NCBI GenBank assembly: GCA_951406725.2
Contig: OX597816.1
Location: 148,428,001-148,492,000 of the forward strand
Length of the DNA stretch: 64,000 bases
DNA from: Octopus vulgaris
Taxonomy: Eukaryota
Direction of reading: 5' to 3'
Part shown: positions 27,601 to 42,389 of the stretch, piece after piece
How positions within the stretch are numbered: the stretch's first letter is position 1
Layout of the letters: each line of letters starts with the position of its first letter
The notes under the pieces: model-generated
What the model was told of the DNA's origin: nothing
The model's database searches: none
What the model saw: only the letters and a program-made list of their open reading frames with translations
Made by a program: the position numbers and the translations under genes

Positions 27601-29709
27601 TCAAAAGATGGATGATAAATCTCTATCTTAATGAGTTAGTCGTCGCCGTTAGCATTTCCTCAGAAGCCTGATATCTATATTATATTCCAGCTAGAGAAAT
27701 TAAGGCAAAAGCTGTCCTGCAACTCAGAGCTTTTAGAGAATAACGATATAAGTATTATCCCTAGCTAAGAAGACAAAATGCGAAGTACATTGTATAGTAT
27801 ACAAACATTTGTTGTTTCTGTTTTGTTATTGGTACTATGCTGTGTTTGTAGCCAGAATACTTTGTTGCCAGTGATTTCAGTCCACATAACTGTAAGTATA
27901 ATATGAATGTACTACGCTTCGCTGTTGTAAGTAATTGCAGCTTTGGGAAAGTAAAGAATTTTGTCGACCAGCAGTGCCGAGTTCGACACGCTCGATGACA
28001 AAATTTTCGATAAACTACCATCCTATTTAGACGGAACTTCGTCTCCTTTCTCCTTGGTGTCTCAAAAACCGAAGAAACTCTCTGAATATATTTATATTGT
28101 GGGTGCTAACAGTTTGGGTCTTTTAATTATTTGAACGGCATCCATATAAGGAAGTATTTAATGAAAAGTATAACTCTTCAACATGAGGACAAGACATGAC
28201 TGTTTCAAACTAATAAATAACATGCCACTTATACAGCAACTTCTATCCTGAAAACTGTTACATCTATACTCAACTCCGAATGCACACATGATAATGTTCC
28301 TTCGTCTACGACATCAAGAAACAATCATCTGTAACATTTATTTTCTTTCCTCTGACCCTCTAACTATCTATGTCTTTCCAAATCTTTTCTCTTTAAAATG
28401 AACAAAACTTATGCGACTTCTAAGTAAACTTCACTCATAATATACAGCTCATCACTTGTACATACTCCCTTTCTTTATTTTACACTTGTCTTTTCATCCC
28501 CCAAAATACGGTAACAATTGACCCAAGCAAATGGCTAAACCAGTACTCTGAGTTGTGCAACACCGCTTCTTCAGATGACAATCTGATTCTCTTGCTTCTT
28601 ACATCTTCAAGCAATTAAAATATTTTCACACATATTACACGAAAGCTTGCTTAATATTTTGAAAAGCAACTCATATGAGCGATGTTTTTCAAATACAATT
28701 GTTTCAAAATCGTATTACCATCTGTTAGCTGCTTTTCAAAATTATTTAAACGTCCTCACGTCATTGATTAATCATTTCACTCAGAATCCAAACCAATAAA
28801 AGGTCATTGTAATCATTCTTTTTTGTGAAAGTTAGTTTCTGTTTGAACATTTTTACAAACTCTTATCTGCAGAATATTGCAATATTGAATGAAACTTCAT
28901 TTTTTTTCTGAAAGATTGAAAATCAACGAGCCTGATACTAACATGCATGATGTTCAATTTCGTAAATACAAGGCGCCAACAATTCTGATTTCAAATCATT
29001 TTCGTTCTAAAAGAAAATCTTTAGTTTCTCTTTCAATCTAACACCACATTTTTTATATGAATGTACCCTCCATAAAGGCCTATGTTTTATTAACATCTGA
29101 CCATGTAGTTTTGAATCCTTATGTAATTGCCTCACGTAAGAACCAAATAAATTTTAACGAAGTTGTAGTACATATTTTATCAGCGCCGGCTAATGAATGT
29201 TTATGCTTAGACATCAAATTTTAAATTCCAACTCAGTTGATTTAATATATATATTGGTTCATTAATGTTATTGGTTTTGACTTTAGTGCTATATATTACC
29301 AACACTTGTAACCTTAAAACAGTACCTATTTAATGTCTTACTATATTTATGTCCTATCGGAAAACAGAATTTATTAAATTAAGGAATCCCCTAATTATAT
29401 AAGAGATATATCATTTCTATCTACTCCTATTTCTATGCTTTTTGCTTACAAAGCAATTTTACATATCTTGTCGGAGAATCCAGCAGTTCTCAGCGTGACA
29501 TTATAATACCAGTTGCCCCATATATGCCTTTTCATCATATGATATCAACCCCTTCAGTAACATTGTTGATTGCTTCTCAGTATGCTGACCCGTAGTTTGA
29601 TTATTGATGTATGATTACAAATTTCTCCAAGTTAATACTGAAATAATTCACCCTCAATCACAATTAGGGACGCAAAAATTTTTCCTAGTATACTATATCA
29701 ATTATTTCA

Positions 29710-29766
<57 letters not shown>

Positions 29767-29767
<1 letters not shown>

Positions 29768-29993
29768 TGAAATAATTGATATAGTATACTAGGAAAAATT
29801 TTTGCGTCCCTAATTGTGATTGAGGGTGGCGAAACATATTATGTTGCAAGATATGAGTTAAAACGCTTAATGCATTAGAAGCGTGCGATATGTATCTACA
29901 CTGACAGGAGAGATAACCGCCCCATGACCGTCTTTAGGATCACTGGACTAGACTAGCTTCACCTATCAGTCGTGGCTCGTCAGCAGTCATCTG

Positions 29994-29997
<4 letters not shown>
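29767..29997 (-). mobile_element. Solo ~230-bp PLE-like terminal module bounded by (TA)n on both sides
   Basis: Begins about 10 nt before a hammerhead. Its last 62 bp are also present inverted across the TA tract (29649-29710). Confidence 0.65.
29942..29987 (-). ncRNA. Type I hammerhead motif (GAAA>GAAG variant)
   Basis: Minus strand ACTG-CTGACGA-GCC-ACGACTGATA-GGT-GAAG-CTAGTCTAG-TC-CAGT. Stem I actg/cagt, stem III CTAG-T-CTAG. Confidence 0.7.
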
Positions 29998-30047
<50 letters not shown>

Positions 30048-30049
<2 letters not shown>

Positions 30050-30422
30050 TTTTACTTCTTTCAGTCATTTTACTGCGGCCATGCTGGAGCACTACCTTTA
30101 GTTGAACAAATCAGCACCAAGAATTATTCTTTGTAAGCCTAATACTAATTCTATCGGTTCTTTTGACGAACCGCTAGTTTACGAGGACGTAAACACAAGT
30201 AAGAGGGACGTGCGATGGTGGAGGACAAACAATTACATATAAATATATATATATATATAAAACGGGCTTCTTTCAGTTTCCGTCTACCAAATACACTCAC
30301 ATGGTTTTGGTCGCCCCGAGACTATAGTAGAAGACACTTGCCCAAGGTGTCAAGCACTGGGACTGAACCCGGAACCATGAGGTTCAGAAGCGAGCTTCAT
30401 ACTACACAGCCACGCTTGCGCC
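30048..30422 (-). mobile_element. tRNA-derived SINE family A
   Basis: Minus-strand head GGCGCAAGCGTGGCTGTGTAG...GGTTCCGGGTTCAGTCCC (A/B boxes), with tail CTGAAAGAAGTAAAAG. Confidence 0.85.
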
Positions 30423-30434
30423 GATATATATGTA

Positions 30435-30484
<50 letters not shown>

Positions 30485-30525
30485 TATATATACATGCATA
30501 TATACATATATAAATGCATACATAC

Positions 30526-30564
<39 letters not shown>

Positions 30565-30604
30565 ACATATGTGTGTGTATATATATATATATGTATATGA
30601 TATA

Positions 30605-30653
<49 letters not shown>

Positions 30654-30657
<4 letters not shown>

Positions 30658-30875
30658 TGTTGGCCAAAAGTCACCTTACAGTAAATCAAAACCATTTATC
30701 AAAACCATCTATCAAAACCAAGATTTATTTATATTTAACAACCGAATGAATTTGGTAAGGGCACCTAAATATGAAACATCATGAAAATTGTTCAAAACGA
30801 AGTCCTTCTTGAGTGACACATCTTTTCATTCGAGTCAATACGGAATTACAGATAGTATTTATGGAATTTTTTGAT
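30654..30875 (+). mobile_element. Tc1/mariner-type left-end fragment
   Basis: TA|CAGTGTTGGCCAAAAGT, a Tc1-like terminus directly after (TA)n. No right end found. Confidence 0.5.
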
Positions 30876-30895
30876 ATATATATATATATATATAT

Positions 30896-32183
<1,288 letters not shown>

Positions 32184-32268
32184 TTATAAATTTAACCTTT
32201 AAAGGTATTTTTTAATATGCTGGCCATTGATAAATTTTTTTGCCCGAAAAAAATTTTATCCTACATTA

Positions 32269-32322
<54 letters not shown>

Positions 32323-32352
32323 CATACATACATACATACATACATACATACA

Positions 32353-32383
<31 letters not shown>

Positions 32384-32502
32384 GTTATTATTTTATGAGA
32401 GTTGTTTTATACTGAATGATTTCTAAAACATATTTGCTTCTTAATAGTAATAATAATAATAATAATAATATCACTACTACTACTACTATGACAAGTAGTA
32501 GC

Positions 32503-32533
<31 letters not shown>

Positions 32534-32534
<1 letters not shown>

Positions 32535-32722
32535 GGCAGTGATCTTGGCACAGTCGTTAACACGCCGGGGAAAACGCTTAGCCGCTTTTCACTTGTCATT
32601 ACGTTCTGAGTTCAATTTCCGCCGAGGTCGATAAAATAAGTACTAATTGAAAAGTAGGGTCGATGTAATCCACTTATCCCCTTCCCCGAAACTGCTGCCT
32701 TTGTGGCGAAATTTGAAAACAT
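32534..32722 (+). mobile_element. SINE family B
   Basis: GGCAGTGATCTTGGCACAGTCGTTAACACGCCGGG...TTCTGAGTTCAATTTCCGCCGAGGTCGA...AAATTTGAAAAC followed by an (ATT)n tail. Confidence 0.8.
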
Positions 32723-34203
32723 TATTATCATTATTATTATTATTATTTAGTTCCCCGTGTAATCAGTAGACAAAAACATACTTAGAAGATAGTTTTTAAT
32801 TTTCTATTTTAATTTTCATTTTCATATAATCGTAATAGCATTTTCTAAAACCATAGAAACAATTTAAAATAGATTTTACTCCTGCCTGTTACATTTCATA
32901 AACATAACCTGATAATAAATACTGTAACTTTTAAATCATAAAATGCCGAAAGTGCCTTTACTGCCATTTTCATTATTGCTCAATTATCTTCAGTTTCATC
33001 CCTCCTATAGAATTACATCTTAACTATTGTATTTCTTCCTGGAGGCTTAAAGCCAACCCATTCCACTTGTATACTTTGTCCATTTATTTCAACTGATTAT
33101 ATATATATTTCGGTAAAGTAAAGATTCTAGTGTTAAAAATCAACTGGAATTAATATTAGTCATTATAATTGTGAGTGTTGTTGTTGCTGCTGTTGCTGTT
33201 TTTGCTGCTGTGCTGTTGCTATTGTTGCTGAAACTTTCCTCAGAAAGATGTGTCTTGAAGCAGCTCTCGTTTGACAAATGTATTTTGTTTTCTCTAACTG
33301 AATACCTTGTATTTATTTTATGATTTTTACGCCAAGAAAGAAGAGTGAAGCTTAATATTTATATATATTCCCCATTAGGAGGGAATTTATATTATTTATT
33401 GTTGCATGGACATCAGAAATTCATTTCAGCGTTGTTATACTGGTTACGGTGGGAGATGATTCTCGTTATAGCAGTAACCAATTTTCTCCTTTGAAGGAAG
33501 GAAAGAAAATAGTAGTAAATAGCAAGTCTAAAATAAATTATAGCGGCGATTCTTAGAAAAATACATTAATATTAATGTAGACACTTTTGATAATAACTGC
33601 AATAACAACAGCGTCGTCAGTCGTAAAAAGTAGCAATACCTTAAAAGCAATACTTTGAATGGCAAAAATAACAATAACCATAACAATAATACGATAGTGG
33701 AAGAAATTACATTCTCTTGAATATAAGTACATGCATACCTTTATAGTTGCTGAATGCATAGAAGTATAATAATACACTAGCATAGCAAAAAGTATTACTT
33801 TCAAACGAATTAGAGAAAAAAATTAAAGAAAAAGAATAGCATAACTACTCCACCTGTTTGTTTGCATCTTATGGGCAGTAAAAACGCATTTCAGCTGTAA
33901 ATATCATGAGCAGTTTTTAATATGTTTTCTGGTATCACAGATGGCCTTTGTTCTAGGTTCGTTATTATGATTTCTATCGTCTCTGCCACCGAAGTATTTA
34001 TGCAGTATTTATAGCATCTTCCTAGAAAGAATATATAGGAATTGCTTCCTGTTATCTTTTCAGTATAACCTAAGTCTCTGCTGTCACCTGTGTAATAAAT
34101 AGCGAGACGTATAATTAATTCACCTGTCTGAGGTAAAACAACATTAGTTAATATAAACTCAAAACGAAACTTGTAACTCAGTATCTACGACATTCATTTA
34201 AGT

Positions 34204-34490
34204 GGAGGCACATGGCCTAGTGGTTAGAGCAGCGGACTCGCGGTCGAGGGATTGCGGGTTCGATTGCGGGCGATGTGTGTGTTTATGAGCGAAACACATA
34301 AGCTCTACACGGCTTCAGCAGAAGGTAAGGCGAACTTCTGCTGACTCTTTCTCCACGACTTTCTCTCACTCTTTCCTGTTGCAACTCACCTGCGACGGAC
34401 CGGCGTCCCGTCCAGGTGAGGAACCTATGCGCCAAGGAAACCGGGAAACCGGCCCTTATGAGCCAGGCATGGCTCGAGAAGGAAGGAACA
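34204..34490 (+). mobile_element. tRNA-derived SINE family C
   Basis: GGAGGCACATGGCCTAGTGGTTAGAGCAGCGGACTCGCGGTCGAGGGATTGCGGGTTCGATT (A/B boxes) followed by CTGCGACGGACCGGCGTCCCGTCCAGG. Confidence 0.8.
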
Positions 34491-36138
34491 TTCATTTAAC
34501 GTATCTGCACCGATTGCGAGATACTGATTCTTTGAATCCCTGTAGTCCGTGTTATTGCCATTAATGGTGTGTGCGCTTGTGTGTGTGTGTGTGCGCGCGC
34601 GTGTGGGGGAGGTGTTTCTACGTGTGTATATATGTGTGTCTATGTTTATAGGTTAGTCAGCGAGGAAGAGATGTCAGTATCCATTACATTTGCAAGTCAT
34701 CCCAATTTGATGAGATTGTAACCCATCCTGGACATCTTAAAAGTCGATTTCAGCGAGAAGTATATAGGTGGAACACAAACTGGTGTGAGAGGTCTGTTTC
34801 AAAAGTTTGTATCAAAGCCAATGAACGCTGCTGGAGGCACGTAAGCAGTTACTAAACGAAACACGTGCCTAAATGTTTTATTGAGGTACCGGCGCTTAAC
34901 GTGTTGGACAAATGAGGAAAAGAGTGAAGAGAATTTGAACTGGGAAACGTATTCTTGAATGATGCTGAGGTACCATTGTGATATACATCATTCTGACATA
35001 AATTCTGGAAATGACTTACGTTTCACAAAAAATAACATTTTTAAATAATAAAATTCTAAGATATTACGAACTTATCTGAATGATACATAAATAGATATAA
35101 ATAAATAACTAAATAAATAAATAAATACGTTATAATGGAAGAAATAACAATACATTTAGTTAGAAAGGTGAACTAATAGCAAAACTTCAAACAGTATATC
35201 TTGTAAATAACATAACCGAAACAATGTAATAAATTAAGTTAGTCGGCACAGTTTGATTATATATCACAGATAACAGACTCTGAACACAACTTTAATAACT
35301 GCCAGCTATGTTGATATAACACACATTTACTAATTCCCAATTGTTATTCATAGCTAGACTTATTTGATAATAACGAATATGACAGACTTTCCTCGGGGTA
35401 AATTCAGATATTATTTATTCATTCATTCATTTATTCATTCATTCATTTATTTATTCATTCATTTACGTTCTTTAAATAATCATAGATCTCACATGTATGA
35501 AACAGAAACCACTCAAAAATGATATGCCGTCAAACATACAAGTCAAGTTTTTCCCTGTGAAATCTAAATATATAAAATATTTATATAAAATTAACAACAA
35601 GCAGGTGTATTAGTTTGTATGTATATATATATATATATATAGGGAGAGTTTACGAAAAAGACAATATATATATATACTTAGTATTCCATACAATCATGAA
35701 AGTTTACACACAAACGTTCTTATTTATACACATGAGACACCTACACATTTATACATTCATATATATTACATATAAATACGTTGTGTATGCGTGTGTGTGT
35801 AAAACTGATAAAATATGTGAGTGCATATACTACACAAGGTTCACTCAGTGATTCCGTACTCAGTGCATAAGGTAGAGTGGGAAGTTATGTTTATTACATC
35901 AAAAAATTAGTCTTCTCGAGATTCTTCAGTCTACTGAGTGCAATCATCAATCGTCAGTCGACTGATAAGACTGTTGTTATATATACAGGCATTCGCTACG
36001 TTTCTGCTACTTTAAGCTATGCATTTCGCGCTTACGGAAATTGTGAAATATGATTGCTAATATCGGCATAAATTATGTAATTTCACCTTTACGGAAATTT
36101 TAAGAATTTAAAAACTGAACTTCTTTATTAGTCTAAAG

Positions 36139-36459
36139 AAGGCCTGGCCAACTCGAATTACACAGCGGGCCACTTTAATCACAGAAAGTTTTTTTGAGGA
36201 CCGCTTGTATACTAACAGAATTGAAAGCATTTTGCTTTCTCTCTAATTACGATAATGAATCATTGATTCAACATGAAATATTATCGCTGCAAAAACAGTA
36301 GTATTTTTCTTTTTTACTTTTCATTACAAACTTTTATTTTTGATAACATTTTTTAAATGTTTGTTTGAATAAATCGATTTCAAGAAAGTATCAAGTGGGC
36401 CGCAAGATAAAAGTCTGCGAGTCGCATGCGGCCTGCTGGCCTCGGGTTGGTCAACCATG
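36139..36459 (+). mobile_element. hAT (Charlie-like) MITE, copy 1
   Basis: Termini AAGGCCTGGCCAAC and GTTGGTCAACCATG, 8-bp TSD GTCTAAAG/GCCTAAAG, homologous to 54605-54910. Confidence 0.85.
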
Positions 36460-37521
36460 GCCTAAAGACACCTCTTCGACACTTAAAGTAGTTAATAATC
36501 TGAAAAACTCCAATTACGAAATAAAGATACCACCCATCACTGTGACTATCATCACTAGCTTGAGAACTAATGCAACTAATATCACCACCACTACTAACCC
36601 AGCAAGTTTTGAATAATCACCTGACAACAATATTAGTATCACCATGATAGCGATGCAGCTACATATGGTGTATGTCAACACAATGGTATGTGTGGAGTTG
36701 GGGTGTAGGTGTGTGTGTGAGTAGGAGGGAATAGAATGTGATTTTATAGCTTAAGTCAGAGGTGCCGATGAATTTGGTAACCCTTCAACTAGGGGTTATG
36801 CAGTACTTCCTTCTACCTTACTCCTTCACCTTTCATCGTCTCATTTTTATTTTTACATCCAAAGGAATTAGGTAATTTTTTCTACGATCTATTTTTACTA
36901 CATATATGCTGTGGACAATTGTTGATTACCAGGGCTGTTAGAATTACCTACAATTCATGATATCTAGAAACAAACTGTCAAGCTGAAGTGAAGACAGTAA
37001 TGCAGAATGAAAACGTAAAATGATTACACTAGATATTATATTTGATGCTTTAAAAAAGGCTTGATGGGGGAGAAGAAAATCAGACACGTGGCCAAAATAT
37101 TAAAGCTTGTGGAAACAATACGTTAAAAACTGCAAGAAAATTAAATGATGTGCTCCTGGACTGTTTGGGTACTTAAGATAGGACAACCCTTGGGTTTATA
37201 GACTCTGGATCAAACACTGTAATGTCCCAAAAAACACGATTGTAATTTTAAAGATAATCGAACGTTTGCATGACAATTTGAAAAGAAAAGACTGAAATAG
37301 GAAACTTCTGCAAAACAACTCAACTACCTAGTAAAGATTAGATTTGAAGATTTAAGATGCGCTTGAATTTGTACAACATAAAAATGACTGGCCGCCAGTA
37401 AACGATTCTGCTAATTAGTCTGAGCATCCAATATTTTAGACAGCATTCCTTTAAGTTAACGTTGACAGAAGGGAATTAAAGGAAAGAATATATATAAATA
37501 AAACACACACACACACATATA

Positions 37522-37571
<50 letters not shown>

Positions 37572-37717
37572 TATATATGTACCTATCCGACATGGGTGCT
37601 AGCGCCAACACTACCATGTGGCACGCTTAGACAATTGTGGAGATATCTTCACATGACACCATCAGTTGTCTTGTCAACCCACAAATAAAGTATATATATG
37701 TATGTTAACAGGCATAC

Positions 37718-37891
37718 CCGGCATTTCCATCTTCCCTATGGTTCAGAGGTGTTGAAATCAACCCGGAACAATTCTCATCGCTGCATCGCCAACGGTCTTT
37801 TTGCTTTTTGTTCCAGCTTTAATGAATGCCCTCTGTAGAGGATCTTGTCTTTTCCTCTTTGTGTTTTGACAATTTTCATTTCGGTTTCCAT
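37718..37891 (-). pseudogene. FLYWCH zinc-finger coding remnant (MULE-like transposase first exon)
   Basis: METEMKIVKTQRGKDKILYRGHS...(+1 frameshift)RWRCSDENCSGLISTP fits the FLYWCH pattern T.RG...L.Y.G...W.C....C...+.T. Followed by a possible GT donor (G|GTATG). Confidence 0.7.
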
Positions 37892-38167
37892 TTTTCTGAC
37901 TTGGTACTGGATTACAAATTGTAGCATTTGGTTTAGTTGGCCTTTATATGTATTATAATTTGTAATTCAAAGATTAAAAGGTCAATTTCTGTTGATTAAT
38001 TATTTCATTTTTGTACAAGACATACTGAATTGGATACTTGCCGAAACTGGGAACTTGCTTAGTTCGGACTTGTAATGTTAGCACTTGCTAAGCTGTGGCT
38101 CTACCTGAAAAGTTACTTGCTAACATTCTATTTGCTGAGCTTTCACTTGCTGAATTAAAGTGCTCCC
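37892..38167 (-). mobile_element. Probable left end of a MULE-like DNA transposon
   Basis: Minus strand begins GGGAGCACTTTAATTCAGCAAG with repeated AGCAAG/AGCAA subterminal motifs upstream of the FLYWCH remnant. Confidence 0.5.
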
Positions 38168-38456
38168 ACATACAAACAAACATACATACATACATTAATG
38201 AATGACGAACGAACAGGTGTTATGTAATGAGCTGCATAAACTTACAGCTCTTTCGGCTACTGGATGTTGCCAAGCACTCACGTCTGAGTGTACTGCATTT
38301 TATAACATAAAAAGCTGAAAGCTAATGGAAGTGATTACGTCATTGTTGTTCTTTTGTAATTCATTCATTAATATTACGCTCTATACTCACCTCACACTTT
38401 ACTCTAAACTACAAATATACTGATTACTAGCGTAAATATGCCTGAGTGACATGATA

Positions 38457-38526
<70 letters not shown>

Positions 38527-39888
38527 GTTGCTCCGGCATAGTTATCCAAGTAATCAGTATGTATATATATATATATATATATATATGTTTGTAGATATAC
38601 ATTTATGTTTGTATGTATGTATGTATAAACGTACGTATGTATGCATTGTAATATAGATAGATTAAATTATGTACACGGGTGAACGTAAATAGGAATAGGA
38701 TACAGTAATAATGTGAAGGAGCTGGCCATAAGAGTGTGAAGTAAATACGAAATAACTGATGCTGATAGTAGACACAATCAATAGTAAATAAAAACCAAGA
38801 TAATTTTATCTATTTGATAAGTAGTGTATGAATTTTATAAGGTGTTGCATAATTAATTGAATATTCCCGTATAGAAGTAAAAGATTTAGTAAAACGTAAA
38901 TAGACTGTTAAAAATGTGTGCAAGAGAGGATAGAGTGAACTGTATAGAAATAATAATCTGGAGAAAGTAAACAACATTTGTGAGAAAACTTTACGAATTG
39001 AATAACGGTGCGGAAATTTTGAACTAAAATGCGAAGGAGGTTCAACAGAAAGGTGAGTAAAATACTTTTCTTTTTTAATCTAGTAAAAAAACATTAAATA
39101 ACAGAAAAGGAGGCAAAGAACTGACTAAGGGTAAAGATATCGATTAATATATCAATAAAACTGTTTTGAGTAAAATGTATTTATTTGTAGGTTAATATTT
39201 AAATAAAAAACAGGAAATATATAGAAAAGAGTAGAAAGAGATGTGGTGTAGGAATACGTCGATGGAAGGAGATACAAGTAAAAAAGAGAGAAAGTGATGT
39301 AGTAGCTAAAGAATGGCTGAGCGTCGAAATGGGTTTTACAGTGTTATCGGGATTCATCTAAGCGGGTAAAACTGGGGTTAAATTAGGAAACATGTTAAAG
39401 GCGAAATGTCGGTCGGTAACTCGAAATGAGAGAATAATAGTCGCTAAAACATATTTTAATATAGACATTACGTCTAAATGAACAAAGTAAATACGTTAAA
39501 TCTGCGTAGCTAAATAAATATACTTCGGTGATGAAAGATTCCCTTGGTAATATTGGTTGATATCTGCAAAAAGAAAGATTATATATAGTAAGTTGAAAAT
39601 AGAAAATGTAGCAAAACTATATCACACTCATTAGGACAGTAAATTTATAATCAGAAGGAAATTAACAGGAAAAGGAAGTGACGATATATATATATATATA
39701 TAAACGTGTGTGTGCTTGTGTGTGCCTGCTTGTGTATAAGTATATATATACGAATGGATGGATATGTATATATATACATATATGAGTGTAGTCTTTATAT
39801 ATACGTTATATATGCGTGTGGTGTGTATGTGTGTATATGTATGGATATGTACAAATCTTATGTTTGTAGACATTTTTATTTTATTGTT

Positions 39889-39935
<47 letters not shown>

Positions 39936-39936
39936 C

Positions 39937-39978
<42 letters not shown>

Positions 39979-39982
<4 letters not shown>

Positions 39983-40532
39983 CAAATTATTACATTATAT
40001 AAAAGGGCTTAGTAAAATAAATTACTTTGCCGCATACTGAACTCATTAGAAATAGCAGCTAAAAAAACTTTTTTAAAACTATCTCCAATACTTAAAGAAA
40101 ATCTCTCTCATATAGTGTTTGCTCAATTCAACTCACGAAAGTATAAGGGTAGAGACATTAAAAAATCAAATGCAAAGGTTATTTGAGACGTACGTTTCAA
40201 GATTAGTCAAAATCGATACTTCTATCATCAGCTCAGAACTCCCTGGTTTGGATTTGAAAACACTGAAAGCGAGAGCATACCCTTTCGGCCTGTTATCGCT
40301 TCTGAAGATCTGTTCAAAACTAACAGTGTTAGCAAATTCAAATATGCAAACGAAGAATTTCTGCTCTCCCCTTTCCACCAGCTATTCTAATGAGTTCAGT
40401 ATGCGGCAAAGTAATTTATTTTACTAAGCCCTTTTATATAATGTAATAATTTGAATTCGCCTTAAATGGTCCCTTTGTATACTGAATACTTGGTGAAATT
40501 GATTAATTAATTAATTTTACCCTCAATTGTTG

Positions 40533-40540
<8 letters not shown>
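39979..40540. mobile_element. PLE-like terminal module between (TA)n tracts with a 78-bp inverted duplication
   Basis: Arms 39979-40056 and 40381-40457 (1-nt indel). The spacer holds a minus-strand hammerhead. Confidence 0.75.
40183..40236 (-). ncRNA. Hammerhead motif with canonical core and imperfect stems
   Basis: Minus strand CTGAG-CTGATGA-TAGAAGT...ACTAATCTT-GAAAC-GTAC-GTC-TCAA, with palindromic stem III ACGTACGT. Confidence 0.65.
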
Positions 40541-40573
<33 letters not shown>

Positions 40574-40879
40574 CAGCAGGACACACTTTTCATTGGAAGC
40601 AAGATTTGTGTAAAAGGGCGATGGAAATATCGAAAATAAAAATAATAACGATAACAAAAATACAACTGATGAAAAAGTAACAAATATACTCAGACGACAG
40701 CTCCTGAGTACTGCGAAAAAGCAAAAGCTCATGTATTATGGCCGTACTCGAAGAAGTAAAAGTCTGGAAATATCATGGAAGGAATAGTAGACAATATCAG
40801 TATTTGGTTGGAGAGGAGCTGCATGGCAGCTGGAAAACATAGTCGGGAAGGCAATGCAACGGTGATGACTCATATAATA

Positions 40880-41083
40880 GTGGTTTCAAATTTTGGCACA
40901 CGGTCAGCAAGCTCGGGGGAGGGGATAAGTCGACCCCAGTCCTCAACTGGTACTTATTTTATCGACCCCGAGAATGAAAAGCAAAGCTGACCCCGGTGGT
41001 ATTTAAACTTGATACGTAAAGTTGCACGAAATGCACAAAGCATTTTTCCCGGCTTGCTAACGATTCTGCAAGCATGCCGCCTT
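40880..41083 (-). mobile_element. SINE family B
   Basis: GGTTTCAAATTTTGGCAC...GTCGACCCCAGT.CTCAACTGGTACTTATTTTATCGACCCCG...CTAACGATTCTGC. Confidence 0.8.
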
Positions 41084-41374
41084 ATATGACTCAGATGATG
41101 ATAATAGAAATAAAAGATCATTTCCTTGCAGTTGGTGATGTATAAAACACTGCACTAGCTACTGTTCTCCATTGGTTTAAAATATATTTCCAGCTTGAAA
41201 TTTCACTTTTCCTATTGGAGTTCCTGAATGTTTACGTGTAATTATATTGTAATGTAACGTGAAGATACTAATATAAATCTATATACGTGCTTACTGAGTT
41301 GTTGCTAGTATCATTGAAACTATGCTAGCATTTTTTAGTTTAAATGACAATTATATTTAATCTTGCTACTACTA

Positions 41375-41520
41375 TCTGAGTTCAAATTCCGCCGAGGTCA
41401 ACTTTGCTTTAATTACTTGGAGGTAGATACAATGAGTACCAGTTAAGTACTGGGGTCGATGTAATAGATTTACATCTCTGCTCCCGAAATTGCTGGCCTG
41501 GTGCTAAAATCTGAAATCAA
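41375..41520 (+). mobile_element. SINE family B, 5'-truncated
   Basis: TCTGAGTTCAAATTCCGCCGAGGTCAACTTTGC...AGTACCAGTTAAGTACTGGGGTCGATGTAAT. Confidence 0.75.
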
Positions 41521-41944
41521 TATTACAACCACTATTAGGGTTACTATGTAGAATTTAATTTCTGTGGATTAAATGAATATAGATTCAATGCAAATTGTTG
41601 AAACAGGATGAGTTGTTTTAATGGTGTTCTTATGAAAACATACCCTAAGCAAGAGGAAAAAATTCTGGCTGTCGAGTTAATTACAACGAAAGGGGAGGTG
41701 ATGGTGTATACGTGTGACTACAGTAGGTTCGATATAGAAACATTTGCCTTGAAAATCACTTCTACCTAAGGCTCCATTGTAGTACAGTGTTGCTCCTTTA
41801 ATGGTTTGTATGTTGTGAGAGATGTTTGGGACTTCAAGCAAAATTTTCTAAACCAAATTATTTGTTTTAAGGATATAGTTTAATGATTTTTCAGTTTTCT
41901 AAACTACAAATTGTTAAATTTTACATCTATTGAGTCACCTATCT

Positions 41945-42139
41945 CTTTTACTCTTTTACTTGTTTCAGTCGTTTGAGGGCGGTCATGCTGGAGCACCACC
42001 TTTAGTTGAGCAAATCGACCCCAGGACTTATTCTTTGTAAGCCTAGTACTTATTTTGCCGAACTGCTAAGTTACGGGGATGTAAACACACCAGCATCGGT
42101 TGTCAAGCGATGTTGGGGGACAAACACAGACACACAAAG

Positions 42140-42210
<71 letters not shown>

Positions 42211-42380
42211 TATATATGACGGGTCTCTTTCAGTTTCCGTCTACCAAATCCATTCACAAGGATTTGGTCGGCCCGAGGCTATAGTAGAAGACACTTGCCT
42301 TAGATGCCACGTAGGGAGACTGAACCCAGAAACATGTGGTTGATAAGCAAGCTACTTACCACACAGCCACTCCTGCGCCT
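41945..42380 (-). mobile_element. tRNA-derived SINE family A, full length
   Basis: Same head, body and tail as 30896-31355, with an internal (CA)n(TA)n. A further fragment lies at window positions 1-80. Confidence 0.9.
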
Positions 42381-42389
42381 ATGTTTAAT

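Noticed and set aside
34204-34275. Possible tRNA gene (also 6629-6692)
   Set aside because: The cloverleaf is incomplete and continues into a SINE body, so it was called a SINE head.
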